Shown here: positions 18,728-27,390 of the stretch, one piece after another
Layout of the letters: each line of letters opens with the position of its first letter
How positions within the stretch are numbered: position 1 is the first letter of the stretch
Assembly: GCA_045538305.1 (NCBI GenBank)
Contig: JAZSRC010000016.1
Span: 88,280-152,279 of the forward strand
Origin: Clostridia bacterium
GTDB taxonomy: Bacteria; Bacillota; Clostridia; Christensenellales; Aristaeellaceae
Direction of reading: 5' to 3'
Length of the DNA: 64,000 nucleotides
Position numbers and translations under genes: made by a program
The notes under the pieces: generated by a model
The model's database searches: none
Told to the model about the DNA's origin: nothing
What the model saw: the letters and a program-made list of their open reading frames with translations, nothing else

Positions 18728-20749
18728 TTATGCGCGTTTCATAATCTCAAAACCGTTTTGGGCAAGCCTCTTTTCACCCGAAACCGCATCGCCCGTTACC
18801 ATGCTGACGCCTGCGGGCAGGGATACCGTTGCCGCTTCGCCGGAAAAGTTCATTACAAACAAATACTTTTCGCCGTCCTTTTCCCTTTCGCACGCAATAA
18901 CGCCTGCAGGAAGCTGAGCGATCAGCTTTCGGACGCCGGCCTTCTCAATCAGGCAGCGATACAGATCGTCCAAAAATCTCTGCTCCGTACGGGCGGCAAT
19001 GTACCATGTTTCGCCGCTTCCCATAGTATGTACAGTCAGCGCAGCGCTTCCCTCATAATAATCGCTTCCGTACACGCCAACAGCCTGCGCGCCTTCCAGA
19101 TTCAGTATATCCAGCATGAAACCGCATTCATACTCGCCCTGTAAGGCAATGTACTCGTTTTTACTTATCACGATGGAATTTTTCTGATCCGCATACAGCG
19201 CGTCGGTCTCTTCCGCCCAAACGCCCGCCAGAGGCTTAAGCGGCCCGGGCGCTCCGCCCAGGAAGCACAGATCGTTTTCATCTGCGATGCCGGAGAAATA
19301 GCCTAAAACCAGTGTTCCGCCGTTTTTCACGAACCGTTCCAGCTTCTCCGAAACGCCGGGCTTTACCATATAAAGATACGGCGCGCAGATAAGCTTATAT
19401 GCATCAAACGGCTTTTCGGAATCGATAACATCGACATTGATTCCATTTTTGGTTAGCGCCTCATAGTGCGACATAAGCACGGCGTGATACTGCTTATCCT
19501 TTACGGGTCCCTGTGCGCCGGTGAGCGCCCAGTAGTTTTCAAAATCGTAAATCAGCGCGCATTCGCTTTTCACTTCAGAATTCACAATGGGCTGGATTTT
19601 CTTAAGCAGCGCGCCTACCTCGCTGACTTCACGGAATACACGCGTTTTATTCGTCATATCATGCCCGATCACTGCGCCATGGAATTTTTCCGGGCCGCCT
19701 CGGCCCTTGCGCCACTGGAACATCATTACCGTGTCCGCACCGTGCGCAACTGCCTGCACGCAGGAAAGCATATGAATCCCCGGGCGCTTGATTTTGCAAA
19801 CCTCGTGCCAGTTCACCTGCGACGGCGTACTTTCCATCAGCGACCAGGGCTTGTTCAGATAACCCCTCACAGAGTCATAGGTGAAGGCCGTATCCACCGC
19901 AATCCGATAATCGGGCGCGCTTCCCCACAGGGAATAGCAATCATAGCCCATAAAATCGACAACACCATCGAATTTCGGGTAGGATAGGGCGGTAAAATTC
20001 TGCATAGTATTGATGGTAACGGGCAGATTGGGCGTAAGCCTTCTGATCGGCTCGGTTTCGCATTTTATAAAATCCATCGTCTGATGCGACACAAAGCGCT
20101 GCCAGTCCAAGGTCAGACCTGTAAGACTGGTTTCGCCGTTTCTTTCGGGCGAGCGGATCTCATCCCAGTCGGAAAAGGTTTTCGACCAGAACGCCGTCCA
20201 CCAAACCTCATTGAGGCGATGAAGCGTCTGATAGCGCGCCTTCAGCCATTCCCGAAACGCCTTCTGGCAATTCTCGCAATGACATTCGCCCGAATACTCA
20301 TTGGAAATGTGCCAGCCGACCACGGCGGGATGGCGCCCGAATTCCTCGGCAAGACGCGTATTCATTTTCGTTACGAAACTGCGGTATACAGAGGATGTGA
20401 AGCAGTGGTTATGCCTGTTTCCATGCTGCATCTTCACGCCGTGTTCATACCGAAGAACCTCGGGATACTTTTTGCTCATCCAGGCCGGACGCGCACCGGA
20501 GGGTGTAGCCAGAAATGCGGATATTCCGTTTTTATGGAAATTGTCCAGTATTTCGCCAAGCCAGTCAAAGGTATATCTGCCTTCTTCAGGCTCAAGCGCC
20601 GCCCATGCAAAAATGCCGATGGATACCAGGTTCACGCTCGCTTCCTTCATAAAGCGGATATCGTCCTGAAGCACGTCGGGTCTGCTGAGCCACTGATCGG
20701 GATTATAATCGCCGCCATGTCCAAATGCGGGCAATCGGAATTCAGCCAT
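18728..20749 (-). CDS. beta-galactosidase, glycoside hydrolase family 42
   Basis: GH42 N-terminus (GGDYNPDQW), the Cys cluster ECHCENC typical of GH42, and a length of 673 aa. Confidence 0.88.
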   Translation of the reverse strand: MAEFRLPAFGHGGDYNPDQWLSRPDVLQDDIRFMKEASVNLVSIGIFAWAALEPEEGRYTFDWLGEILDNFHKNGISAFLATPSGARPAWMSKKYPEVLRYEHGVKMQHGNRHNHCFTSSVYRSFVTKMNTRLAEEFGRHPAVVGWHISNEYSGECHCENCQKAFREWLKARYQTLHRLNEVWWTAFWSKTFSDWDEIRSPERNGETSLTGLTLDWQRFVSHQTMDFIKCETEPIRRLTPNLPVTINTMQNFTALSYPKFDGVVDFMGYDCYSLWGSAPDYRIAVDTAFTYDSVRGYLNKPWSLMESTPSQVNWHEVCKIKRPGIHMLSCVQAVAHGADTVMMFQWRKGRGGPEKFHGAVIGHDMTNKTRVFREVSEVGALLKKIQPIVNSEVKSECALIYDFENYWALTGAQGPVKDKQYHAVLMSHYEALTKNGINVDVIDSEKPFDAYKLICAPYLYMVKPGVSEKLERFVKNGGTLVLGYFSGIADENDLCFLGGAPGPLKPLAGVWAEETDALYADQKNSIVISKNEYIALQGEYECGFMLDILNLEGAQAVGVYGSDYYEGSAALTVHTMGSGETWYIAARTEQRFLDDLYRCLIEKAGVRKLIAQLPAGVIACEREKDGEKYLFVMNFSGEAATVSLPAGVSMVTGDAVSGEKRLAQNGFEIMKRA

Positions 20750-20778
20750 GATACTTTTCTCCCTTCATTGATACGCTC

Positions 20779-21492
20779 TTACACGCACTTTCCGCGAAGC
20801 TTCAGTATCGTTCTGTCCAGCGAATCCTTGCTCGTTCCCCAGGGCTTATCTGCGTTTTTGTGGTCGAACTTCAACGTGAACCACTCGATTTCCTTTTCAA
20901 GGCGCGAAAGGTTATCCATTTCGATTTTATTCAGCTGATCGACAAATTCCTTAAGTTCCATTCCCTTCAGCTGCTCGGGGGCCGCATTGATAATTTCGGC
21001 GTAATGCTTTAAGCACAGTCCTTTACTCTTCTGAAGCTGCGCACGGAACGCGCTTTCATGCTTCCACATGTATACAAGCGTATAGACATATCTGTCCATC
21101 GTTTCCTTCAGGCGGTCGCACAGGATGCAAGTATCGGTAATATGGCTGAAATCAGTACCTGCCGTAGGCACGCGCCTTGCAAACAAGCCGCCCTTCGGCG
21201 CTTCATTTACGGCCATTGAGGTTTTCCCAAGCCGCGCCATGGTTTCCTTTAAATACGTATGCGCCATCAGTGCAACGCCAAGCCGGTTGTTGTTATTGAG
21301 CATGAGCTTGAAGTGCCTGCCGCAAAAGCCGTACTTGTTTACCTCCACGCGCACATCCGGCTCCATAACGCTGCCGCCCATAAACGCGTCGACATAGTTT
21401 TTCTCGTTTTCCGCCTGCAGATGGCACATCGGGCATTCGCAGTCGGTGCGGTATGCGTCCCATACGGGAATGGTATCGATATGATGTCTCAT
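20779..21492 (-). CDS. uncharacterised Cys-rich protein (CxCPxC ... CxxC zinc-ribbon-like N-half, helical C-half)
   Basis: Its ATG overlaps the scpB stop (ATGA), so the two are translationally coupled. No family recognised with confidence; it may correspond to a DUF-only family. Confidence 0.55.
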   Translation of the reverse strand: MRHHIDTIPVWDAYRTDCECPMCHLQAENEKNYVDAFMGGSVMEPDVRVEVNKYGFCGRHFKLMLNNNNRLGVALMAHTYLKETMARLGKTSMAVNEAPKGGLFARRVPTAGTDFSHITDTCILCDRLKETMDRYVYTLVYMWKHESAFRAQLQKSKGLCLKHYAEIINAAPEQLKGMELKEFVDQLNKIEMDNLSRLEKEIEWFTLKFDHKNADKPWGTSKDSLDRTILKLRGKCV

Positions 21493-22031
21493 TCTGATTG
21501 ATCCTCCTCGTCAGGTTTTCCGAGCTCGGCAACGTTCGGAAGGTCGTAAAGGCTTTCCAGCCCGAAATGCCGCAAAAATTTATCCGTCGTTTCATAAAGT
21601 ATGGGCCTTCCCAGCGTATCCTTGCGGCCGGCTTCGCATATCAAACCCCTGGCCAGCAAAAGCTGCACGGAATAATCGCACTTTACGCCGCGAACCAGCT
21701 CAATATCGGCCTTGGTAACCGGTTGTCTGTAGGCGATGATCGAAAGCGTTTCCATAACTGCCTGTGAAAGCGACTGTTTTTTTACCGGCTGCAAAAACAT
21801 TTCCACGTATTTTGCGTACTCGGGATTAATGGAAAGCTGAATCTCCATGCCATGACGGTTCAAGCGTATGCCCCGCTTTTCCAGAATGCAGTTATCCCGC
21901 AGCTGCTCAATGGCAGGTTCCAGCTCCATCTGCGTCAAGTTCAGCGCATGCGCAAGCGCGTCCACGCGAACCGGTTCGCCCGCGATATACAAAACCGATT
22001 CCAGAATTCCGCAAAGCTCGTTAACGTCCAA
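21489..22031 (-). CDS. scpB: segregation and condensation protein B
   Basis: ScpB winged-helix signatures (SQAVMETLSIIAYRQPVTKADIELVRGV ... GRPILYETTDKFL). The probable start is TTG at 22031 with AGGTGG 5 nt upstream; the ORF track uses GTG at 22040. Confidence 0.85.
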   Translation of the reverse strand: MDVNELCGILESVLYIAGEPVRVDALAHALNLTQMELEPAIEQLRDNCILEKRGIRLNRHGMEIQLSINPEYAKYVEMFLQPVKKQSLSQAVMETLSIIAYRQPVTKADIELVRGVKCDYSVQLLLARGLICEAGRKDTLGRPILYETTDKFLRHFGLESLYDLPNVAELGKPDEEDQSE

Positions 22032-22061
22032 AGTAACCACCTGCCAGATTTATTCTATTGT

Positions 22062-22090
22062 ATTATACAAAATTCGGCTTAGGGTGTCAA
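22062..22090 (-). promoter_or_regulatory. consensus sigma-A promoter for scpB (TTGACA, 17 nt spacer, TATAAT)
   Basis: On the minus strand: TTGACA (plus 22085-22090), 17 nt spacer, TATAAT (plus 22062-22067). Confidence 0.5.
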
Positions 22091-22174
22091 TTACAGCGTA
22101 AAGATCGGCGCACAAAATTGTAAAATGCTCGCATACCCCTTTACCCATTGATTTGAAATGTGTATAATAGAATC

Positions 22175-22440
22175 GATATTGCCATGATGGGGACGGCCTG
22201 TGGCGCGGCTTTGCAAAGCGATCCGGAAGACGGTGCGAGTCCGGACTGAGCTGCCATGCGGAATCACCCCGGAGCAGCGGCCTGAAAGCGCAGATTGCGC
22301 CGGTAAACGCCGCCGGGCGCGCCCGTTACAGCGCAGGCGCGTAGCTGCTGCGCGCAATAAGAGGGCGCTTTTTCTGCGTCAATATGGGTGGTACCGCGAG
22401 CCATCGTCCCATAAGTGAGGGGACGTGGCTTTTTTATTTG
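22175..22440 (+). promoter_or_regulatory. T-box leader (tRNA-sensing riboswitch) upstream of ileS
   Basis: Conserved T-box sequence AATATGGGTGGTACCGCGAG at 22381-22400, followed by a terminator hairpin GTCCCATAAGTGAGGGGAC plus T6 (22405-22436). Candidate AUC specifier in GAAUCA at 22262-22267. A -10-like TGTGTATAAT lies at 22159-22168. Confidence 0.8.
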
Positions 22441-22463
22441 ATTATTTTAGGGAGGCATACGCC

Positions 22464-25400
22464 ATGTTTGAAAAAGTCTCAACCAATCTGGACTTTCTGA
22501 CCAGAGAAAAAGAGATCCTGGCTCTGTGGAAGAAAAAGGAAATCTTCAAAAAATCCGTCGACCTGCGCAAAGGCGAGGACACCTTCACTTTCTATGACGG
22601 TCCGCCGACCGCAAACGGCAAGCCCCACATCGGCCACATCGAAACCCGTGCCATCAAGGATCTGATCCCGAGATATCAGACCATGAAGGGCAAGAATGTG
22701 CTCAGAAAAGCCGGTTGGGATACCCACGGTCTGCCGGTAGAGCTGGAAGTAGAAAAGCTGCTGGGCCTTGACGGTAAGGAGCAGATCGAAGCCTACGGCC
22801 TTGAGCCCTTCGTAAAGAAGTGCAAGGAATCCGTATGGAAGTATCAGGGTATGTGGGAGGAAATGTCCGACCGCGTAGGCTTCTGGTGCGATATGGAAAA
22901 CCCCTACATCACCTATGAAGACAACTACATTGAATCCGAGTGGTGGTCTCTTAAGGAAATCGCGAAAAAGGGACTTCTGTACAAGGGCCACAAGATTGTT
23001 CCCTATTGCCCCCGCTGCGGAACCGCACTGTCCTCGCATGAGGTCTCTCAGGGCTACAAGGCCGTAAAGGAGCGCTCCGCCGTCGTTCGTTTCAAGCTCA
23101 AAGGCGAAGAAAATACCTATATCTACGCATGGACCACCACGCCCTGGACGCTTCCCAGCAATACCGCGCTCTGCGTCAACGCAAATGAAACCTACGCAAA
23201 GTTTGACTTCGAAGGCCGCACTGTTATCATGGGCGACGCGCTGATTGAAAAGGTACTGGGCGAGGGCGCAGAAGTTTCCAATAAAACCACGTTCCCCGGA
23301 AGCGAGCTCGTCGGATTGAAGTATGAACCGCTGTTTGATTTCCAGAAGGACGCCGTCAAAAAGGATCCCGACTGCGACAATGCATGGACCGTCATTGCCG
23401 ATGACTACGTTACCATGTCCGACGGTACCGGCATCGTTCACATTGCGCTGGCCTTCGGTGAAGATGATAACCGCGTCGGTAAGAAAAACCATATCCCCTT
23501 CCTGCAGCTGGTAAACACCAAGGGCGAAATGACCGAAGAAACCCCGTGGAGCGGCGTATTCGTAAAAAAGGCCGACCCCATGATCCTCAAGCAGCTGGAA
23601 GAAGAAGGCAAGCTGGTATCCGCACCCGTATTCGAGCATGAATACCCCTTCTGCTGGCGGTGCGATACGCCCCTCATCTACTACGCACGCGGCGGCTGGT
23701 TCATCCGCATGACGGCTGTACACGACGAGCTGATGAAGAACAACCAAACCATCAACTGGATGCCCGAAAACATCAAGGACGGCCGCTTTGGCAACTTCCT
23801 TGACAATGTTATCGACTGGGCTCTCTCCCGTGAGCGCTACTGGGGCACTCCCCTGCCGGTATGGGTTTGCGACTGCGGACACATGCACGTTATCGGCTCC
23901 CGTCAGGAGCTGGTGGAAATGGGCGAAAATGTAAAAGAAGATATCGAACTGCACCGCCCCTATATTGACGAAGTGGTTATCCCCTGCGAAAAGTGCGGCG
24001 GCAAAATGCACAGAACGCCCGAAGTTATCGACTGCTGGTACGATTCCGGCTCCATGCCCTTTGCGCAGTGGCACTACCCCTTTGAAAACAAAGAGGTATT
24101 CGAGGCGCGCTTCCCAGCGGACTTCATTTCTGAAGCCATCGACCAGACCCGCGGCTGGTTCTACTCCCTGATCGCAATTTCCACATTGGTATTCGGCCAG
24201 TCTCCGTACAAGAACTGCCTCGTCATGGGCCATGTTCAGGACGCCGAAGGCCGCAAAATGAGCAAGCATATCGGTAACGTCGTCGATCCGTGGGAGGTTC
24301 TTGACAAGCAGGGCGCCGACGCCGTCCGCTGGTACTTCTATGCATCCGGCGCGCCGTGGCTGCCCACCCGCTTCTCCGGCTCGCTCGTAAGCGAAATGCA
24401 GGGTAAGTTCATGGGTACTTTGTGGAATACCTACGCGTTCTTCACGCTGTACGCTTCCATCGACAATTACAACCCGAACGCCAGCAAGGCCAATAAAGAA
24501 GATTTCACACTGATCGACCGCTGGGTGCTTTCCCGCCTGAATTCGCTGGTGGATTATGTGGATAAGGGCCTCAATGAGTATAAAATCACCGAAACCAGCC
24601 GCGCCATCGCAGACTTTGTGGACGAGCTGTCTAACTGGTACGTTCGCCTGAACCGCGAAAGGTTCTGGGGCAAGGGCCTTGAAGGCACGAAGCTTGCCGC
24701 ATTTGAAACCCTGTACACCGTGCTTGTCACCCTGACCAAGCTGCTTGCGCCCTACATCCCCTTCATGACCGATCATATGTACCAGAATTTGGTTGTGAAT
24801 AATGTGGAAGGCGCGCCGGAATCCGTACACCTTTGCGACTATCCTTCGGCCGACATGTCTCTGGTAGACAAGGAGCTGGAAGTCGGCATGGAAGAGGTAA
24901 TGAGCGTTGTTCAGCTGGGCCGCGCCGCCCGAAATGCCGCATCCCTCAAGGTTCGCCAGCCGCTGTCCCGCTGCCTGATCAAGGGCGAAGCGCTGTCCGG
25001 AGAAATCGCCGAGCTGATCAAGAGCGAACTGAACGTAAAGAACGTAGAGTTCGTGGAGGACGCCCGCGAGTTCACCACCTATCATCTGAAGCCGCAGATG
25101 AGAACCCTTGGCAAAAAGTACGGAAAGCTTCTGGGCAAAATCGGTCAGCAGCTGGCCGTGATGGACGGAAACGAAGTGGTCGACGCGTTTGAGCGCGGCG
25201 AAATCGTAACCTTCGAAATCGAAGGCACGAAGATCGAGCTGGAAAAGGACGACGTTCTCACCAGCCTCGATAAAAAGCCCGGCTTCGTCGCAGAAAGCGA
25301 CAACGCCTACACAGTGGTTCTGGACACCAACCTCACCGAAGAGCTGATCAACGAAGGTTTCGTACGCGAAGTGATCAGCAAAGTACAGACCCTGCGCAAG

Positions 25401-25610
25401 GAAGCCGGCTTTGAAGTAACCGATCGCATCCGTCTTACCTGGCGCACCACCGACAAGCTTGCCGCCATCCTCGAGGGCGGAAAGAACGAGCTCATGCGCG
25501 CGGTTCTGGCCGTATCCGCCGAAAACGATGATGCCGAAGAAGGCGCCTTCGTACGTGAAATGAAGATCAACGGTGAAAATGCGGTGCTTGCCGTCAAAGT
25601 AGTAAAATAA
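22464..25610 (+). CDS. ileS: isoleucine--tRNA ligase, type 2 (eukaryote-like, long form without C-terminal Zn finger)
   Basis: FYDGPPTANGKPHIGH (HIGH motif), KMSKH (KMSKS-like), CP1 editing domain, about 1049 aa. RBS GGGAGG lies before the ATG at 22464. Confidence 0.95.
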   Translation: MFEKVSTNLDFLTREKEILALWKKKEIFKKSVDLRKGEDTFTFYDGPPTANGKPHIGHIETRAIKDLIPRYQTMKGKNVLRKAGWDTHGLPVELEVEKLLGLDGKEQIEAYGLEPFVKKCKESVWKYQGMWEEMSDRVGFWCDMENPYITYEDNYIESEWWSLKEIAKKGLLYKGHKIVPYCPRCGTALSSHEVSQGYKAVKERSAVVRFKLKGEENTYIYAWTTTPWTLPSNTALCVNANETYAKFDFEGRTVIMGDALIEKVLGEGAEVSNKTTFPGSELVGLKYEPLFDFQKDAVKKDPDCDNAWTVIADDYVTMSDGTGIVHIALAFGEDDNRVGKKNHIPFLQLVNTKGEMTEETPWSGVFVKKADPMILKQLEEEGKLVSAPVFEHEYPFCWRCDTPLIYYARGGWFIRMTAVHDELMKNNQTINWMPENIKDGRFGNFLDNVIDWALSRERYWGTPLPVWVCDCGHMHVIGSRQELVEMGENVKEDIELHRPYIDEVVIPCEKCGGKMHRTPEVIDCWYDSGSMPFAQWHYPFENKEVFEARFPADFISEAIDQTRGWFYSLIAISTLVFGQSPYKNCLVMGHVQDAEGRKMSKHIGNVVDPWEVLDKQGADAVRWYFYASGAPWLPTRFSGSLVSEMQGKFMGTLWNTYAFFTLYASIDNYNPNASKANKEDFTLIDRWVLSRLNSLVDYVDKGLNEYKITETSRAIADFVDELSNWYVRLNRERFWGKGLEGTKLAAFETLYTVLVTLTKLLAPYIPFMTDHMYQNLVVNNVEGAPESVHLCDYPSADMSLVDKELEVGMEEVMSVVQLGRAARNAASLKVRQPLSRCLIKGEALSGEIAELIKSELNVKNVEFVEDAREFTTYHLKPQMRTLGKKYGKLLGKIGQQLAVMDGNEVVDAFERGEIVTFEIEGTKIELEKDDVLTSLDKKPGFVAESDNAYTVVLDTNLTEELINEGFVREVISKVQTLRKEAGFEVTDRIRLTWRTTDKLAAILEGGKNELMRAVLAVSAENDDAEEGAFVREMKINGENAVLAVKVVK

Positions 25611-25689
25611 ACTGATTCCCGGGCGCATGCGCCAAATACCGCATGCGCCTGACTCTAAACAGCCACACCCCCGAACAAGGAGGATTGCA

Positions 25690-26442
25690 ATGGGTATTCG
25701 CGACTGGTTTAAGCGCAAAAGCGCTCAGGCGTACGTATCCCCGACAGAAGAATCCGTTCCCGCAGCCAAAACCCCGGAAACGGAAGATACTGAGTTCACC
25801 GCAGCCAAAGATAACGATCAACCGGAGCAGCAGGATGTGGACAGCGATGCAATCGTAATCGAAGAAGAAGCGCCCGACGCCTTCGAAATCGACGATATTA
25901 TCGCCGCCGACCCTGATCCCACCCTCAGCGACCTGGATTTTTCGGAATTCTGGCACGACACCAAGGAATCCCTGCGCCGTCATATGTGCGCTGCGCCGGA
26001 TTATAAAATGATCCGCGATGTGGAAGAATGCCTGGGCTATAAGCTGCCCGCCAGCTATATCGAGCTTATGAAAAAGCATAACGGCGGCCTTTTGAACCGC
26101 TGTTGGTTCCCGCTTGTTCCGAATGCGAAGCAATACAGCGATTTTGTTCAGATTTCCGGTTTTTTCGGGATCGGCTCAGAGGCCCCCTATTCTCTTTGCG
26201 GCAAATTCGGCAGCCATTTCCTGATTGAGGGGCTCAGAAACGCCGAGAGCATTACGGGAATCGCTATCTCCAACGTCATTTCCCCTGCCCGCGGCTTAAT
26301 CCTTCTGGATTACGAAACGTGCGGCATAAACGGCGAGCCAGAGATCGCATACGTAAATTCGGAATCCGGTGAAAAGACTGCCATTGCCCGAAATTTCGAA
26401 GCCTTTGTACGCGGTCTTCGGGCAAGCGGCGGAAACTACTGA
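25690..26442 (+). CDS. SMI1/KNR4 (SUKH-1) family protein with acidic disordered N-terminal region
   Basis: C-terminal domain carries the SMI1/KNR4 signature (YKLPASYIELMKKHNGG ... FVQISGFFGIG). RBS AAGGAGG lies before the ATG at 25690. Confidence 0.65.
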   Translation: MGIRDWFKRKSAQAYVSPTEESVPAAKTPETEDTEFTAAKDNDQPEQQDVDSDAIVIEEEAPDAFEIDDIIAADPDPTLSDLDFSEFWHDTKESLRRHMCAAPDYKMIRDVEECLGYKLPASYIELMKKHNGGLLNRCWFPLVPNAKQYSDFVQISGFFGIGSEAPYSLCGKFGSHFLIEGLRNAESITGIAISNVISPARGLILLDYETCGINGEPEIAYVNSESGEKTAIARNFEAFVRGLRASGGNY

Positions 26443-26458
26443 TCGGTATTCAAAAAGG

Positions 26459-26500
26459 AAAAGCAGCCGGTTACAGCATCGGCTGCTTTCCCCTTTTTGG
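26459..26500 (+). terminator. intrinsic terminator (AAGCAGCCG..CGGCTGCTT plus TCCCCTTTTT)
   Basis: Stem 26461-26489 followed by a T-run. Confidence 0.6.
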
Positions 26501-26523
26501 ACAATATCCCCTGCCGCGAATGT

Positions 26524-26552
26524 TGACGTGTCCCCATCCATATGTTAAAATA
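26524..26552 (+). promoter_or_regulatory. sigma-A promoter for the etf operon (TTGACG, 17 nt spacer, TGtTAAAAT)
   Basis: Hexamers at 26524-26529 and 26547-26552 with an extended TG. Confidence 0.45.
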
Positions 26553-26593
26553 TTGTATACGTTCCACATACAAATCAGGAAGTGATTCTTTTT

Positions 26594-27373
26594 ATGAATA
26601 TCTTTGTTGCAATCAAGCAGGTTCCGTCCACCAATAAGGTTCAGGTAGACGAAAAAACGGGCGTACTGAAGCGCGAGGGCATTACCTCCAAAATGAATCC
26701 GTACGATCTGTTCGCACTGGAGACTGCGCTGCGCCTGAAGGAGCAGTACGGCGGCAAAATCACCGTGGGCACCATGGGTCCGCCGCAGGCAAAGGCCATC
26801 ATACAGGAAGCGTACATGATGGGCGCTGACGAGGGCTATGTGTTTTCCGACAGAAGGCTTGGCGGCGCAGACGTGCTGGCAACCAGCTACACGCTGTCGC
26901 AAGCCATTCGCTCAATCGGAGATTTCGATCTGATTATCTGTGGAAAGCAGACTACCGACGGCGATACCGCGCAGGTAGGTCCGGCAATCGCCGAGCATAT
27001 GGGCATTCCCCACGCAGCATGGGTATCCGAACTTTCTGTGGCGGATGGCGGCGTGTATGCCGTACAGGAGCTTCAGGACATTGTTGAAAAGGTCTGGATG
27101 CCTTTCCCCTGTCTGATTACCGTAGAGCAGGATATCTATACACCCAGACTTCCCTCCCTTAAGAAAAAACGCGAAACCGAAAGCAGGCCGGTAACCATAC
27201 TGGGGCTGGATTCCTTTATCGATACCGATCCCGAGCATTACGGCTTGAGCGGAAGCCCCACGCAGGTGGAGCGGATCTTCCCGCCGGAAAACGATGTGGT
27301 TCGCGAAAGCTGGGAAGGCGAAAACATGGCGGATAAGCTTTTTGACCATCTTAAGCAAAAGAAATTTCTGTAA
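26594..27373 (+). CDS. etfB: electron transfer flavoprotein beta subunit (LctB-like)
   Basis: EtfB N-terminus MNIFVAIKQVP and FAD/AMP-binding region. Confidence 0.85.
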   Translation: MNIFVAIKQVPSTNKVQVDEKTGVLKREGITSKMNPYDLFALETALRLKEQYGGKITVGTMGPPQAKAIIQEAYMMGADEGYVFSDRRLGGADVLATSYTLSQAIRSIGDFDLIICGKQTTDGDTAQVGPAIAEHMGIPHAAWVSELSVADGGVYAVQELQDIVEKVWMPFPCLITVEQDIYTPRLPSLKKKRETESRPVTILGLDSFIDTDPEHYGLSGSPTQVERIFPPENDVVRESWEGENMADKLFDHLKQKKFL

Positions 27374-27390
27374 GGAGGGGTACGCAGGCT

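Noticed and set aside
22425-22463. ORF-track N-terminal extension of ileS (MAFLFDYFREAYA)
   Set aside because: It overlaps the T-box terminator hairpin and U-tract. GGGAGG precedes the ATG at 22464.
24833-25192. 119-aa Arg-rich ORF in an alternative plus frame within ileS
   Set aside because: This is an out-of-frame low-complexity artefact (RRNRRADQERTERKERR) inside a well-supported gene.
25622-25650. GC-rich 9-bp hairpin after ileS, considered as a terminator
   Set aside because: There is no U-tract downstream, so it is more likely a processing or stability element or a partial pause site. It is kept as part of the SUKH finding rather than annotated as a terminator.
22479-25718. 1079-aa ORF on the minus strand, antisense to ileS
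   Set aside because: Its composition is typical of a high-GC antisense frame, with no motifs and no RBS. The plus-strand frame carries unambiguous IleRS HIGH and KMSKS motifs.
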